Positions 42,348-52,462 are shown, counted from the first letter of the stretch. The stretch is 64,000 bases of DNA from Candidatus Krumholzibacteriia bacterium (GCA_963836185.1 CAWIIQ010000001.1:1376001-1440000); one strand, 5' to 3'. A program made the numbers and translations. Notes: generated by a model from the sequence alone, not told the origin.

Positions 42348-43454
42348 ATGCAACTCAGGCGCAGCGTCCTACTCGCCCTCCTGATCATCGTATTCATGAT
42401 CTTCGAAACGCATTCATGCTCGGAGGACAGGTCGGTCGAGCCCGATCCGCCCCTGGAAATCAAGAACGAGCTGCTCGGAGCGAACGATCTGTATTTTTCT
42501 GACACGGATCACGGCTGGGTTGTCGGCAGGCAGGGTACGGCCATCCTCACGGATGACGGTGGTGATACCTGGACGCCTGTCAAGATAGATGAGCTCGACA
42601 TGAGAGGGGTCTACTTCTCAGACACGCAGAACGGCTGGGTAGTGGGCAATGAGGGGAAACTTTACTCATCCGTTGACGGCGGGCATACATGGGAAAGAAA
42701 GATCTTCACCGGATATCCCCAGATGGACGACCTTTTCGAGGTCATGTTTGTCAATGATACAGAAGGTTTTATTCTAGGATATCACGGAGTATTCGTGACC
42801 GAGGACGGGGGGAGTGACTGGGTAAACAACTGGCTCCCAATCGTAGAGTACAGGGGTGCCTGGTCGATGACCGTTGTCGACGAAGACTGCTCCTTCCTTA
42901 TGGGAAGCCAGTGGACCGAAGCCGATCCTGAGCTGATATACGTGACCGAAGACGGCGGGCTGAACTGGTCGGCCGTTCCCGGATCGAACGCCTCTGTCCT
43001 GAGGGGTATAGTCACGATCGAGTTTCATGACAGGCTGACCGGATGGGCCGGAGGCGCTGCCGTGATGAAGACGGGGGACGGCGGGCGTACCTGGAGTACA
43101 CAGCTGGAGATGGCTACGGTACGCGAATTCTTCGTTCACGACGCGATGTCGGTCATCGGTGTGGGAAAGAACTCGATATTGCGAACGGTCGACGGGGGAG
43201 CGACATGGGACGATGTGGCGCCAGCGGACGAGAGGATAGTAGACCTGCGCACCGTGCATTTCGTAGACGCGACATACGGCTGGATAGCGGGCAAGGGACG
43301 CGAAGAGATCATCGATGGCCGTTCGGTCTCGTATACCGTAGTGCTTTCAACGAGGGATGGAGGGGCTTCCTGGTCGGTCAGGGAGTTCTCATATGAGACA
43401 ACCAGCCTGGAAGCAGCCGCTCTCGAAGAGTCGCCCATTCCGATGTATCATTGA
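42348..43454 (+). CDS. YCF48/BNR (Asp-box) beta-propeller exported protein
   Basis: Signal peptide; repeated TxDGGxTW and GW(V/A)G motifs. Confidence 0.85.
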   Translation: MQLRRSVLLALLIIVFMIFETHSCSEDRSVEPDPPLEIKNELLGANDLYFSDTDHGWVVGRQGTAILTDDGGDTWTPVKIDELDMRGVYFSDTQNGWVVGNEGKLYSSVDGGHTWERKIFTGYPQMDDLFEVMFVNDTEGFILGYHGVFVTEDGGSDWVNNWLPIVEYRGAWSMTVVDEDCSFLMGSQWTEADPELIYVTEDGGLNWSAVPGSNASVLRGIVTIEFHDRLTGWAGGAAVMKTGDGGRTWSTQLEMATVREFFVHDAMSVIGVGKNSILRTVDGGATWDDVAPADERIVDLRTVHFVDATYGWIAGKGREEIIDGRSVSYTVVLSTRDGGASWSVREFSYETTSLEAAALEESPIPMYH

Positions 43455-43484
43455 TATACCCGGTTTTTCTGCAGTAAAAAATCC

Positions 43485-43658
43485 TTGACCACCCAAAGGT
43501 ATTCCTATACGCTTCTCTCTTCATTGTCCGATCTTTGAAAACGAAACGACAGGCATGGAGAGAGTCTACAACAATCTTATCGCTCCGCGGCCCGGCAAGT
43601 CCGGGTACGATATCGGCATGCCTTATCTGATGCTTCCCGTCCGGGAAGCCTTTTTTTT
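43485..43658 (+). ncRNA. Unassigned structured leader RNA with promoter and intrinsic terminator
   Basis: TTGACC-17-TACGCT; nested stems AGGCATG/CATGCCT, TATCG/CGATA, CCCGG/CCGGG; terminator GCTTCCC-GTCC-GGGAAGC-C-T8. Confidence 0.55.
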
Positions 43659-43682
43659 ATCGGCGAGAGGTGCAGATTGACT

Positions 43683-44414
43683 ATGACGGTCGAAAGTGAC
43701 ATCCAGTTTCTGATCCAGCTGTCCCGGAAAGATCTCGAGATGCAGGAGAACAAAAGGCTTCTCGAGACGGCCCCGCTGACTATCAGCAGGCTCGACAAGG
43801 AAGTGCGTGAAATGGACGAGCACTATACCGCGGCTGAGGCTGAACTGGAGAAATTGAAGAAAGAAAAGGTCCAGCTGGAACTCGATGTGAAGCATGAGCG
43901 AGCGGCTATCGATAAGAAAAAGAACGAACAACTGACCGCGAAGGACAACAAGGAGTACGCGGCGAAGACCTCCGAGATCCAGTTCCTGGAGAAGAAGATA
44001 GACCAGCATGAGAGCCGGATACTGGAGCTTCTGGACATGATGGAAGCCGAGAAAAAGGAAGTCGAGGCGGCTACCGAGATAATAAACACCGAGAAGGATG
44101 CGAAGCTTGCCGCGAAGAAGGACTGGGAAGACAAGATCGAGGAAGCGAAAGCGGTCCTGGTAATACTCGAGGAAGAGAAGGCCAGGACACTGCCCCTTAT
44201 GACCGATAAGATCAGAAATAGATACGAGCGTATCCTGAAGGTCAAAGGGGATTCGGGCGTTGCAAATCTCATCGGCGATGTCTGCCAGGGGTGCTTCAGC
44301 CGCGTTCCACCTCAGCACGCGCATGAGGTAAGGCGAAACGATACTATCCTGACATGCGAGGCCTGCGGACGGATCATGATATATTTCCCGGTAGACGAAG
44401 GACAGGACCCCTGA
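43683..44414 (+). CDS. C4-type zinc-ribbon coiled-coil protein (COG1579-like)
   Basis: Long coiled coil, CQGC...CEACGRI. Confidence 0.9.
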   Translation: MTVESDIQFLIQLSRKDLEMQENKRLLETAPLTISRLDKEVREMDEHYTAAEAELEKLKKEKVQLELDVKHERAAIDKKKNEQLTAKDNKEYAAKTSEIQFLEKKIDQHESRILELLDMMEAEKKEVEAATEIINTEKDAKLAAKKDWEDKIEEAKAVLVILEEEKARTLPLMTDKIRNRYERILKVKGDSGVANLIGDVCQGCFSRVPPQHAHEVRRNDTILTCEACGRIMIYFPVDEGQDP

Positions 44415-45049
44415 TGAAGAAGAACAGCCTCAAGAGACTTCTCGAATTGCTGGCCGGGGGACTTCCTCTCGATAATGCATGGGAGCAGGCTGGCTATCTT
44501 GCCAGGGCAGAAGCGGTGGAAGCTCTGATGGAGATGGCCGCTATCCTGGGTGTGGAGATCAACGCGGACCGCCCCGTACAGGAGCCGGTATCGGCAGGTA
44601 CTGCGGCAAAGACAGTGGATATTACCGGCATGACGATATCGGAGCTGATCGTCCACGCGGACGGTGCGTCCAGAGGTAATCCCGGCCCTGCCGCGGCGGC
44701 GGTGGTGGCTTATGATACGGAGGGGAACGAACTTACTTCCCGGGCAAAGAGACTTGGAAAGGCGACTAACAATGTAGCAGAATACAGCGCCTGCATCCTT
44801 GCTCTCGAACTGGCGGCTGATTTCGGTGTGTCGAACGTAACTGTCCGGATGGACAGCGAACTCGTCGTTAAACAGATGAGAGGCGAGTACAAGATCAAGA
44901 ACGAGAACCTCGCCGTTCTCGCGGGACAGGCCCGGGAGCTCGCTGCAGGATTCAGTAGTTGCGTCTGGGAGCATGTTCCGAGGGTCGGAAACGCCGCGGC
45001 CGACAAGCTGGCCAACGAGATCCTGGACGAAGCTCCTGCTGGAAGTTAG
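44414..45049 (+). CDS. rnhA: Ribonuclease HI family with N-terminal extension
   Basis: DGASRGNPG, ATNNVAEY, DSELVVKQ, HVPR..N..AD.LAN; TGATG coupling. Confidence 0.9.
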   Translation: MKKNSLKRLLELLAGGLPLDNAWEQAGYLARAEAVEALMEMAAILGVEINADRPVQEPVSAGTAAKTVDITGMTISELIVHADGASRGNPGPAAAAVVAYDTEGNELTSRAKRLGKATNNVAEYSACILALELAADFGVSNVTVRMDSELVVKQMRGEYKIKNENLAVLAGQARELAAGFSSCVWEHVPRVGNAAADKLANEILDEAPAGS

Positions 45050-45062
45050 ATCCCCCCATCCT

Positions 45063-45091
45063 TTGACCTCGGGCCTTCACTGTGATATATT
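45063..45091 (+). promoter_or_regulatory. Sigma70-type promoter of rnpB
   Basis: TTGACC-17 nt-TATATT. Confidence 0.65.
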
Positions 45092-45123
45092 GAGCCGGAC
45101 GACTGTCCGGACAGAATCTGTAC

Positions 45124-45494
45124 GGCGGAGCGGACGGGATGATCGCGGCCCCTTCGGGGTGTTCGAGGAAAGTCCGAGCTCCACAGGGCAGGGTGCTGGG
45201 TAACTCCCAGTGGGGGTGACCCCAAGGAAAGTGCCACAGAAAATATACCGCCACCGGCTTGCCGGTGGTAAGGGTGAAATGGTGAGGTAAGAGCTCACCG
45301 GTGCCCCCGGTGACGGAGGCAGCCAGGTAAACCCCACCCGGAGAAAGACCAAATAGAAGAGGAGAAGCGGCCCGCTTCGCTTGACTCTCGGGTAGGTCGA
45401 TCGTGGCCCGCGGAGACGCCGGCCCCAGATAAATGATCATCACCTGTCCGCTCGCGGACAGGGACAGAACTCGGCTTACGAGTCCGCTCCGCCG
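45124..45494 (+). ncRNA. rnpB: RNase P RNA (type A)
   Basis: GAGGAAAGTCC, AGTGCCACAGAAA, GGTAAACCCC, ACAGAACTCGGCTTAC; P1 GGCGGAGCGGAC/GTCCGCTCCGCC. Confidence 0.97.
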
Positions 45495-45527
45495 TACTTT
45501 ATTGCACCATAGATACGAAAGGCTCAT

Positions 45528-47255
45528 ATGTCTTCCTGGCTCGTCAGGCCGATCGATCCCGGCATAATCAGAGACCTGAGCGAGGGACTCGGGATATCCG
45601 CCACGGCAGCGCGGATCATAGCCTCGAGGGGTGTCTCCACGGTAGAAGAAGCGAAGCAGTTTTTTACGCCCTCCGTGGACAAGCTGCATGATCCGTTCCT
45701 CTTCACTGAGATGGGTGAGGCGGTCAAGGCTATCCGTGAAGCAGTTTCAGAGAAAAAGCGGATACTGGTGCATGGAGACTATGACGCTGACGGGATATGC
45801 GGAGCATCTATTCTCTACGAAGGGCTGCGTTCGCTGGGTGCGGATGTGCACTTCTTCGTCCCGGACCGCAAGAAGGACGGATACGGCATGGCCAGGCGGG
45901 TCGCCGAGCGAAGCCTCGAGGTGGGAGTCGGCCTGGTCATCACTGTCGACTGCGGTTCGAGCGATGGAGATATCGTAAAGGAACTCTCCGCGGGCGGGAT
46001 ACCTGTTATCATCACGGATCATCACGAGATCGGGGAGAGGGTCCCTGATGCGAAGGCGTTTATCAACGCCAAGCTTCCAGGCGAGACATATCCGTTTACC
46101 GAGCTGTCCGGGGCGGGAGTAGCGTACAAGCTTCTCCAGGGCGTGGAGAAGGATATGGGCGTCGATATGAAGCTCGGCCGCCTTCTCGACCTTGTAGCCA
46201 TCGGGACACTCGGCGACTATGTCCCTCTCGTGGACGAGAACCGATCCCTGGTTGCGCTGGGCATGGCGGAACTGGGGAAATGGGAAAGACCGGGATTCGA
46301 TGCCCTGAGGAAAGAATGCGGACTGGCTGCCTCCGGCTTCTCGGCCAGGCAGATATGCTTCACAATAGTGCCCAGGCTCAACTCCCCCGGCAGGATAGGA
46401 AGCGCGCGCAGGGTGGTAGAGCTGCTCACCACGGATGACGCGGAGGAGGCTGGAGCCATCGCGAAGGAGATCGAGGAAACGAACAAGCAGCGGAGGGCCC
46501 ACGACAGCCAGGTCACCGATGAGGCCTGTTACCTCGCCGACATAATGCTGAAACGGAGCGAGCCTAACGCACTCGTATTCTCGTCGTCCTCCTGGCACGA
46601 GGGTGTCGTCGGGATAGGGGCGGCAAGGCTGGCGGAGAACTACGGTGTGCCCTCGGTACTGATCGCCGTACGTGACGGTATCGGGAAGGGATCGGTAAGG
46701 TCATCGGGCGGAATAAATATCCGTGACTCTCTGGAGAAATGCTCGAAGTTTCTCTCCGCCTTCGGAGGGCACAGGGAAGCGGGTGGATTCTCGATAAAAG
46801 AGGAAGATATCCCCTCCTTCAACAAGTGTTTCAACAAGGTCGTAGGCGAAGCGATCGGCGACAGCGAGGGGCATTCACACATATACGCCGACGCCGAGAT
46901 CGCGCTCAAAGATTGTGACCTGGGACTCATATCGTTCATAGAACAGTTCGCGCCTTTCGGCCCGGGGAACGCTGAACCACTTGTTATGATCCGCGACCTC
47001 GACGTACTGGAAAAGACGAGGATCGTCGGTAAGCATCACCTCAGGCTCGCGGTCTCGAATGCTGACGGGACTTCGCTCGAGATGATCGGCTTCTCACTGG
47101 GCAAGAGCTGGGAGCCACTCAATGTCATCGGAGGGAAGATAGACGTTATTGCCCACCTGAGGCGGAATGTGTGGAAGGACAGGGAAGAGGCCCAGATACA
47201 GGTGACACTGATACATCAGACGGAGAAGCCCGCGGCCCTTCAGGAAAAAATATAG
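45528..47255 (+). CDS. recJ: ssDNA exonuclease RecJ
   Basis: GDYDADG, TVDCG, TDHH, PRLN..GR, GSVRS, FGGH. Confidence 0.95.
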   Translation: MSSWLVRPIDPGIIRDLSEGLGISATAARIIASRGVSTVEEAKQFFTPSVDKLHDPFLFTEMGEAVKAIREAVSEKKRILVHGDYDADGICGASILYEGLRSLGADVHFFVPDRKKDGYGMARRVAERSLEVGVGLVITVDCGSSDGDIVKELSAGGIPVIITDHHEIGERVPDAKAFINAKLPGETYPFTELSGAGVAYKLLQGVEKDMGVDMKLGRLLDLVAIGTLGDYVPLVDENRSLVALGMAELGKWERPGFDALRKECGLAASGFSARQICFTIVPRLNSPGRIGSARRVVELLTTDDAEEAGAIAKEIEETNKQRRAHDSQVTDEACYLADIMLKRSEPNALVFSSSSWHEGVVGIGAARLAENYGVPSVLIAVRDGIGKGSVRSSGGINIRDSLEKCSKFLSAFGGHREAGGFSIKEEDIPSFNKCFNKVVGEAIGDSEGHSHIYADAEIALKDCDLGLISFIEQFAPFGPGNAEPLVMIRDLDVLEKTRIVGKHHLRLAVSNADGTSLEMIGFSLGKSWEPLNVIGGKIDVIAHLRRNVWKDREEAQIQVTLIHQTEKPAALQEKI

Positions 47256-47266
47256 CGGTAGGTCCA

Positions 47267-47713
47267 ATGCGTACAGTAGTGCAGAGAGTGAGCGAGGCGA
47301 GCGTAGTCGTCGATGGTAAGACGATCGCGTCGATAGGCCGGGGTATACTTGTGCTGGCGGCTTTCCGGACAGGCGACGGCCCGGAGGACCTCGACTGGAT
47401 GGCGCGCAAGTGCCTCGACCTGCGGATATTCGAGGACGATGCGGGGAAGATGAACCTCTCCGTCATGGAGACCGGTGGTGAAGTGCTCGTAGTCTCGCAG
47501 TTCACCCTTTACGGAAACTGCCGCAAGGGACGCAGGCCTGCATATACCGACAGCGCACCGGGCCCCGAGGCGCTCAGTCTCTACAGGGAGTTCGTGGACA
47601 ATGTGACCTCGAAGTGGCCGAAGACGGCCGAGGGAGAGTTCGGCGCGATGATGGATGTCAAGCTCGTCAACGACGGCCCGGTGACACTTATCGTTGACAG
47701 GGAGATGGGATGA
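47267..47713 (+). CDS. dtd: D-aminoacyl-tRNA deacylase
   Basis: MRTVVQRV, SQFTL, NDGPVT. Confidence 0.95.
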   Translation: MRTVVQRVSEASVVVDGKTIASIGRGILVLAAFRTGDGPEDLDWMARKCLDLRIFEDDAGKMNLSVMETGGEVLVVSQFTLYGNCRKGRRPAYTDSAPGPEALSLYREFVDNVTSKWPKTAEGEFGAMMDVKLVNDGPVTLIVDREMG

Positions 47714-48309
47714 ATCCGTTTCTTTCTTTTGAGATCCAGGAAAGGCTTCTGCTTGCCTCGGCCTCGCCGAGACGCAGGGAAATACTCCAGAACCTCGGGT
47801 TCGAGTTCGAGGTCCTTCCCGCGAATGTCGACGAGTCCGAGGTACCCTGGACAGATCCTGTAGAGAGTGCCAAGCTGCTCGCCGAGATCAAGGGTGTAGA
47901 CGCGCAGATGACTCGGCCCCGAAAGACTATAATCGCGGCCGATACGATCGTGCTCTGTGAGGGAGAGGTGATGGGGAAACCATCAGGACCTGAAGAAGCG
48001 GCGGAGATGCTCTCGAAGCTCTCGGGAAGAGTGCACGAAGTCGTAACCGGAATAGCCCTTATCGCCCCTCCTGGCAGAAGGGTGATCGAGGCGGAGAGTA
48101 CGAAGGTCTTCTTCCGCGAACTCAGCCCCAGGGAGATCTCACTCTATATCGAGACGAGGGAGCCGTTCGACAAGGCCGGCGCCTACGCGATCCAGGGATA
48201 TGCCTCGGCATTCATCGACAGGATCGAGGGGTGCTACTTCAACGTCGTGGGGCTGCCTGTCGCCAGGCTCTTCAGCATGTTCCGTCAGCTCGAAGGGATG
48301 AAACAGTGA
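47710..48309 (+). CDS. maf: Maf family nucleotide pyrophosphatase
   Basis: LASASPRR, AADT, DKAGAYAIQG, NVVGLP. Confidence 0.93.
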   Translation: MNPFLSFEIQERLLLASASPRRREILQNLGFEFEVLPANVDESEVPWTDPVESAKLLAEIKGVDAQMTRPRKTIIAADTIVLCEGEVMGKPSGPEEAAEMLSKLSGRVHEVVTGIALIAPPGRRVIEAESTKVFFRELSPREISLYIETREPFDKAGAYAIQGYASAFIDRIEGCYFNVVGLPVARLFSMFRQLEGMKQ

Positions 48310-48725
48310 TCACGCACGAGGCCGAATTCAGGTTTGATACGGATGGAGACGGGACGATAGTCGATATCACACACGAGGCTCGTGGATTTATCGTCGACAG
48401 CGGAGTCACTACCGGACAGATGACCGTCATCGTCCCCGGCTCGACGGCGGGGATCACGACAATAGAGTACGAACCGGGACTGCTGCGCGACCTGCCAGCC
48501 TTCTTCGAGCGGATCATCCCTTCCGGGGTGATGTACGGCCATGACGCGACATGGGGGGACGGGAACGGATTCTCGCACCTCAGGTCGGCGCTCATCGGGC
48601 CGTCGGTCACTGTGCCGGTATCGGGCGGTGAGCTGGTCCTCGGGACGTGGCAGCAGATAGTCTTTCTTGAATTCGATAACAGACCCCGCAGCCGCAGGGT
48701 CCATTTCAGCGTGGTAGGGGAGTAA
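48306..48725 (+). CDS. YjbQ/UPF0047 family protein
   Basis: GSTA, NGFSHLR, LGTWQ, EFD; GTG start overlapping maf stop. Confidence 0.9.
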   Translation: MITHEAEFRFDTDGDGTIVDITHEARGFIVDSGVTTGQMTVIVPGSTAGITTIEYEPGLLRDLPAFFERIIPSGVMYGHDATWGDGNGFSHLRSALIGPSVTVPVSGGELVLGTWQQIVFLEFDNRPRSRRVHFSVVGE

Positions 48726-49859
48726 ATGGATACAGTCATACAGACAGTGGATTATATCAGGGGGATGGTCGTTATACTGGACCAGACGCTTCTGCCTGCC
48801 GAAGAGAAGTACGTCCCTCTCAGGGATCCCGGGGAACTCGCCGCGGCTATCCGGGTCCTGAAGGTCCGGGGCGCCCCTGCACTTGGAGTCGCGGCTGCGC
48901 ACGGCGTCCTTCTCGAGCTTGAGAACCTGATAATCGAGAGTCTTGATGATCCGCCTGATTTCATATTCGATCACGGATCACCCCATGTTCCTTTCGATCC
49001 ATCGGGCATCGATGGATCGGCTGTCGCGGCCAGTCTTATCGAGGCTGCCGATATGCTCGCCGCCACGAGGCCGACCGCCGTGAACCTTTTCTGGGGCCTC
49101 GAACGGATGAAGAAGGCGATAGCGAGAAGCGGGGACGATATCAAGCTTCTGGCGGAGAATGTATCAGCCGAGGCTTTCGCGATACATGACGGGGAACTGG
49201 AGACCGACCGCCGGATCGGGGAGAACGGAGCGGTACTGCTCACCGACGGGATGACCCTCCTGACCCATTGCAATGCGGGAGGGCTCGCGACGGCCGGTTA
49301 CGGAACTGCACTGGCTGTCATCAAGACGGCGCATGAACAGGGCAAAAGGCTCTCCGTATTCGCCGACGAGACGAGGCCGCTGCTCCAGGGGGCAAGGCTC
49401 ACCGCGTGGGAGATGGTCCGTGCCGGGATAGATGTGACCGTTCTCTGCGACAACGCCGCAGCGTCCCTGTTCGCCGCCGGCCGGATCGACGCCGTAGTGA
49501 CAGGGGCGGACAGGATAGTCCTGAGCGGCGATTCAGCGAACAAGATAGGCACGCTCGCTCTGGCGGTCCTCTGCGAGAAATACGGCGTCCCGATGTATAT
49601 CGCCGCCCCATGGTCGACCTTCGACCTGACCATCGAAGAGGGTTCCGGCATACCGATCGAGCAGCGCGATCCCGGGGAGGTCAAGTCTTTCGCCGGGGTC
49701 AAAACGGCCCCCGAAGAGGCGATGGCTTACAACCCGGCCTTTGACGTGACGCCTGCGGAACTTATAACTGCAATAATTACAGAGACATGTGTGATCAAGG
49801 CCCCCGATGCGGGAAAGATCCGTGTTGCTGCCCTTGAGGCGGGGATCCTGAAGCCGTGA
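48726..49859 (+). CDS. mtnA: Methylthioribose-1-phosphate isomerase
   Basis: LDQTLLP, VRGAP, RPTAVNL, THCNAG.LAT, ETRP, ANKIGT, NPAFDVTP. Confidence 0.93.
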   Translation: MDTVIQTVDYIRGMVVILDQTLLPAEEKYVPLRDPGELAAAIRVLKVRGAPALGVAAAHGVLLELENLIIESLDDPPDFIFDHGSPHVPFDPSGIDGSAVAASLIEAADMLAATRPTAVNLFWGLERMKKAIARSGDDIKLLAENVSAEAFAIHDGELETDRRIGENGAVLLTDGMTLLTHCNAGGLATAGYGTALAVIKTAHEQGKRLSVFADETRPLLQGARLTAWEMVRAGIDVTVLCDNAAASLFAAGRIDAVVTGADRIVLSGDSANKIGTLALAVLCEKYGVPMYIAAPWSTFDLTIEEGSGIPIEQRDPGEVKSFAGVKTAPEEAMAYNPAFDVTPAELITAIITETCVIKAPDAGKIRVAALEAGILKP

Positions 49860-49886
49860 TGACCGGTCCATCGCGTCAAACGCGGC

Positions 49887-49915
49887 TTGACATCATCAGC
49901 TAACCCATATATATT
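49887..49915 (+). promoter_or_regulatory. Sigma70-type promoter of rplM operon
   Basis: TTGACA-17 nt-TATATT. Confidence 0.72.
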
Positions 49916-49964
49916 TGAACTTCTTTACCGAAATATATCGGAAAAGTGTACGGAGGACTGAAAA

Positions 49965-50396
49965 ATGCAGAAGACCACGATTCTCAAACCTGGAGAGTTT
50001 GAGAGAGACTGGTATGTAGTGGACGCGAGCGGGAAGACGCTCGGCAGGCTGGCGACCAGAGTCGCGACGATCCTCAGGGGCAAGAACAAGCCCGGATACG
50101 CCCCGCATATGGATGTGGGCGATTTTGTGATCGTTGTTAACGCCGACAAGATCCACGTTACCGGCAACAAGATGGAAGACAAGACCTACTGGAGCCACAC
50201 CAAGTACCCCGGCGGCATCCGCCTTATCAGCTTGAAGGAGAAGATGGAGAAGGATCCTACCTTCGCCGTTACACACGCCATCAAGGGGATGCTCCCCCAC
50301 AACAAGCTCGGCCGCAGGCTCCTTAAGAAACTCAAGGTCTACTCAGGCGCGAAGCATCCGCACGAGCCGCAGCAGCCGAAGGAGCTCGCGCTCTAG
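49965..50396 (+). CDS. rplM: 50S ribosomal protein L13
   Basis: WYVVDA, LGRLA, GKNKP, GMLP. Confidence 0.97.
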   Translation: MQKTTILKPGEFERDWYVVDASGKTLGRLATRVATILRGKNKPGYAPHMDVGDFVIVVNADKIHVTGNKMEDKTYWSHTKYPGGIRLISLKEKMEKDPTFAVTHAIKGMLPHNKLGRRLLKKLKVYSGAKHPHEPQQPKELAL

Positions 50397-50456
50397 TGAT
50401 GTTCGATGGTTCGTGCTGTCACCGGCACATTTTCGGCCGGAAGGAGGTGTAAAGAC

Positions 50457-50849
50457 TTGGCAAAAGAGATCTACCATGCGGTGGGAAGAAGGAAATCGGC
50501 AGTAGCGCGTGTCTATCTCAGTGAGGGCAAGGGCACAGTCACCGTTAACGGTGAGGAGCTCGCCGCTTACATGAAGAGGGACAGTTTGACGCTTCTCGTA
50601 CGTCAGCCCATGGCCGTGACCAACACAGATGCGACATACGACGTGAAGGCGACTGTCGCCGGCGGCGGTACGGCGGGCCAGGCGGGAGCGCTTCGTCTCG
50701 GAATTTCGAGAGCGATACTGCTGCATGACGATACCCACAAGAAGGTACTGAAGTCTGGCGGGTTCCTCACCAGAGACCCCAGGGAGAAGGAGAGGAAGAA
50801 GTACGGACAGCCCGGAGCACGGAAGAAGTTCCAGTTCTCCAAGAGATAG
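50457..50849 (+). CDS. rpsI: 30S ribosomal protein S9
   Basis: TTG start after AAGGAGGT; GRRKSAVARV, C-terminal FSKR. Confidence 0.96.
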   Translation: MAKEIYHAVGRRKSAVARVYLSEGKGTVTVNGEELAAYMKRDSLTLLVRQPMAVTNTDATYDVKATVAGGGTAGQAGALRLGISRAILLHDDTHKKVLKSGGFLTRDPREKERKKYGQPGARKKFQFSKR

Positions 50850-50859
50850 AATATCAAGG

Positions 50860-50940
50860 ACACACATCTCTCCGCAAGGTCCACGGTGACGGACAGAAGC
50901 CCGTTTTGGACGCTCCCAGGGAGGGATGGAGGAATAACCA
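50860..50940 (+). promoter_or_regulatory. rpsB (S2) autoregulatory leader
   Basis: ACACAC...long stem...GGAGGAATAACC upstream of rpsB, resembling the known rpsB leader architecture. Confidence 0.55.
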
Positions 50941-50951
50941 GGGAGGAAATA

Positions 50952-51821
50952 GTGGAAGTCCAGATCAAGGACCTGCTGGAAGCGGGCGTTCACTTCGGAC
51001 ACCAGACAAGACGCTGGAACCCGAAGATGAAGCCCTATATTTTTAAGGAGCAGAACGGGATATACATCATCGATCTGCGCCAGACTCTAGAGACACTCCA
51101 GAAAGCATATGACACCATCGTCCAGATGGCATCCGAAGGCAAGACGGTTCTTTTCGTCGGGACCAAGAGACAGGCGAAAGACTCCGTGCGCGAGGATGCG
51201 CAGCGATGCGATATGTACTATATCAACGAGCGCTGGCTCGGTGGCACACTGACGAACTACAAGACGATCAAGCTCAGTCTCGATCGTCTCGACGACATGG
51301 AAGCGATGGAGAAAGACGGGCGGATCGAGCAGCTTTCTAAGAAGGAGAGGCTCGTGCTCGAAAAGCACAAGCAGAAGCTCCTCAAGGTTCTCTCGGGAAT
51401 CCGCGGGATGAAGGGCGCCCCATCCTGTCTCATCGTATTCGACACAAAGAAGGAAGAAATCGCGATCAAGGAAGCCAAGAAACTCGGCATCCCCCTGGTC
51501 GGTCTTATCGATACAAACAGTGATCCTGATGACCTCGACTTTGCCATTCCGGCGAACGATGACGCGATCCGGTCGATCAAGCTCTTTACGAAGACTTTTT
51601 CCGACGCGATCATCGAGGGCAGGTCCCGCTACCTGAAGAACAAGGACTTCCTCGATAAGAAGGATAAGGCAGAGGCGGCGAAGAAGGGCGGCCCCAGGCA
51701 GTCCGACCGCAGGGACAACAGGCCCGACAGGCCCGCTCCGGTCAAGAAAGAGGCAGCCGCGCCCGAGGTGAAGCCGGCCGAAAAAAAAGATGAGAATAAG
51801 ACCGGAGAGAAGTCCGAATAG
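50952..51821 (+). CDS. rpsB: 30S ribosomal protein S2
   Basis: LLEAGVHFGH, WNPKM, RWLGG.LTN, PANDD. Confidence 0.97.
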   Translation: MEVQIKDLLEAGVHFGHQTRRWNPKMKPYIFKEQNGIYIIDLRQTLETLQKAYDTIVQMASEGKTVLFVGTKRQAKDSVREDAQRCDMYYINERWLGGTLTNYKTIKLSLDRLDDMEAMEKDGRIEQLSKKERLVLEKHKQKLLKVLSGIRGMKGAPSCLIVFDTKKEEIAIKEAKKLGIPLVGLIDTNSDPDDLDFAIPANDDAIRSIKLFTKTFSDAIIEGRSRYLKNKDFLDKKDKAEAAKKGGPRQSDRRDNRPDRPAPVKKEAAAPEVKPAEKKDENKTGEKSE

Positions 51822-51859
51822 CGGATCAGCCCGGCTGGAACATTACGGAGGAATTCAAG

Positions 51860-52462
51860 ATGGAGATCACATCGAAGATGGTCAAGGAACTGCGGGAGAT
51901 GACAAACGCAGGAATGATGGACTGCAAGAAAGCCCTTATGGCGTCTAAAGGCGACGTGGAAGCAGCCGTGAAATTTCTCAGGGAAAAGGGCCTTTCATCT
52001 GCTGCCAAACGCGCGCATAAGGCGGCAAACGAGGGCCAGATATTCTCGTACATACACAGCAACAACAAACTCGGCGTAATCGTCGAGCTCAACTGCGAGA
52101 CGGATTTCGTCGCCAAGACCGATGACTTCCAGGCTCTCGGCAGGAACCTTGCCATGCAGGTAGCGGCAGCGGCGCCCCTCGTAGTCAAGAGAGAGGATAT
52201 CCCCGAGGACGTCCTCAAGAAGGAAATGGAGATCTTCCGCAACCAGGCCATCGAGTCCGGGAAACCTGAGAAGGTGCTCGATAAAATCGTTGAAGGTAAG
52301 GTCGAAAAATTCTACAGTGAGGTCGTGCTCCTCGAGCAGGCGTTCATCAAGGACGACAAGGTAAAGGTAGAGGAGCTTCTCAAGGAGACGATCGGCAAGC
52401 TTGGCGAGAATATGATCATCAAGAGGTTTGCCCGTTTCCAACTGGGGGAGGAAGCATCCTGA
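51860..52462 (+). CDS. tsf: Elongation factor Ts (short form)
   Basis: VKELRE.T.AGMMDCKKAL, NCETDFVA. Confidence 0.96.
   Translation: MEITSKMVKELREMTNAGMMDCKKALMASKGDVEAAVKFLREKGLSSAAKRAHKAANEGQIFSYIHSNNKLGVIVELNCETDFVAKTDDFQALGRNLAMQVAAAAPLVVKREDIPEDVLKKEMEIFRNQAIESGKPEKVLDKIVEGKVEKFYSEVVLLEQAFIKDDKVKVEELLKETIGKLGENMIIKRFARFQLGEEAS

Noticed and set aside
43555-43680. 41-codon leader peptide MERVYNN... in the structured leader
   Set aside because: Weak RBS, no regulatory codon run, and it reads through the terminator; cannot be supported
44952-45689. ORFs overlapping 45000-45500
   Set aside because: Region is the RNase P RNA gene
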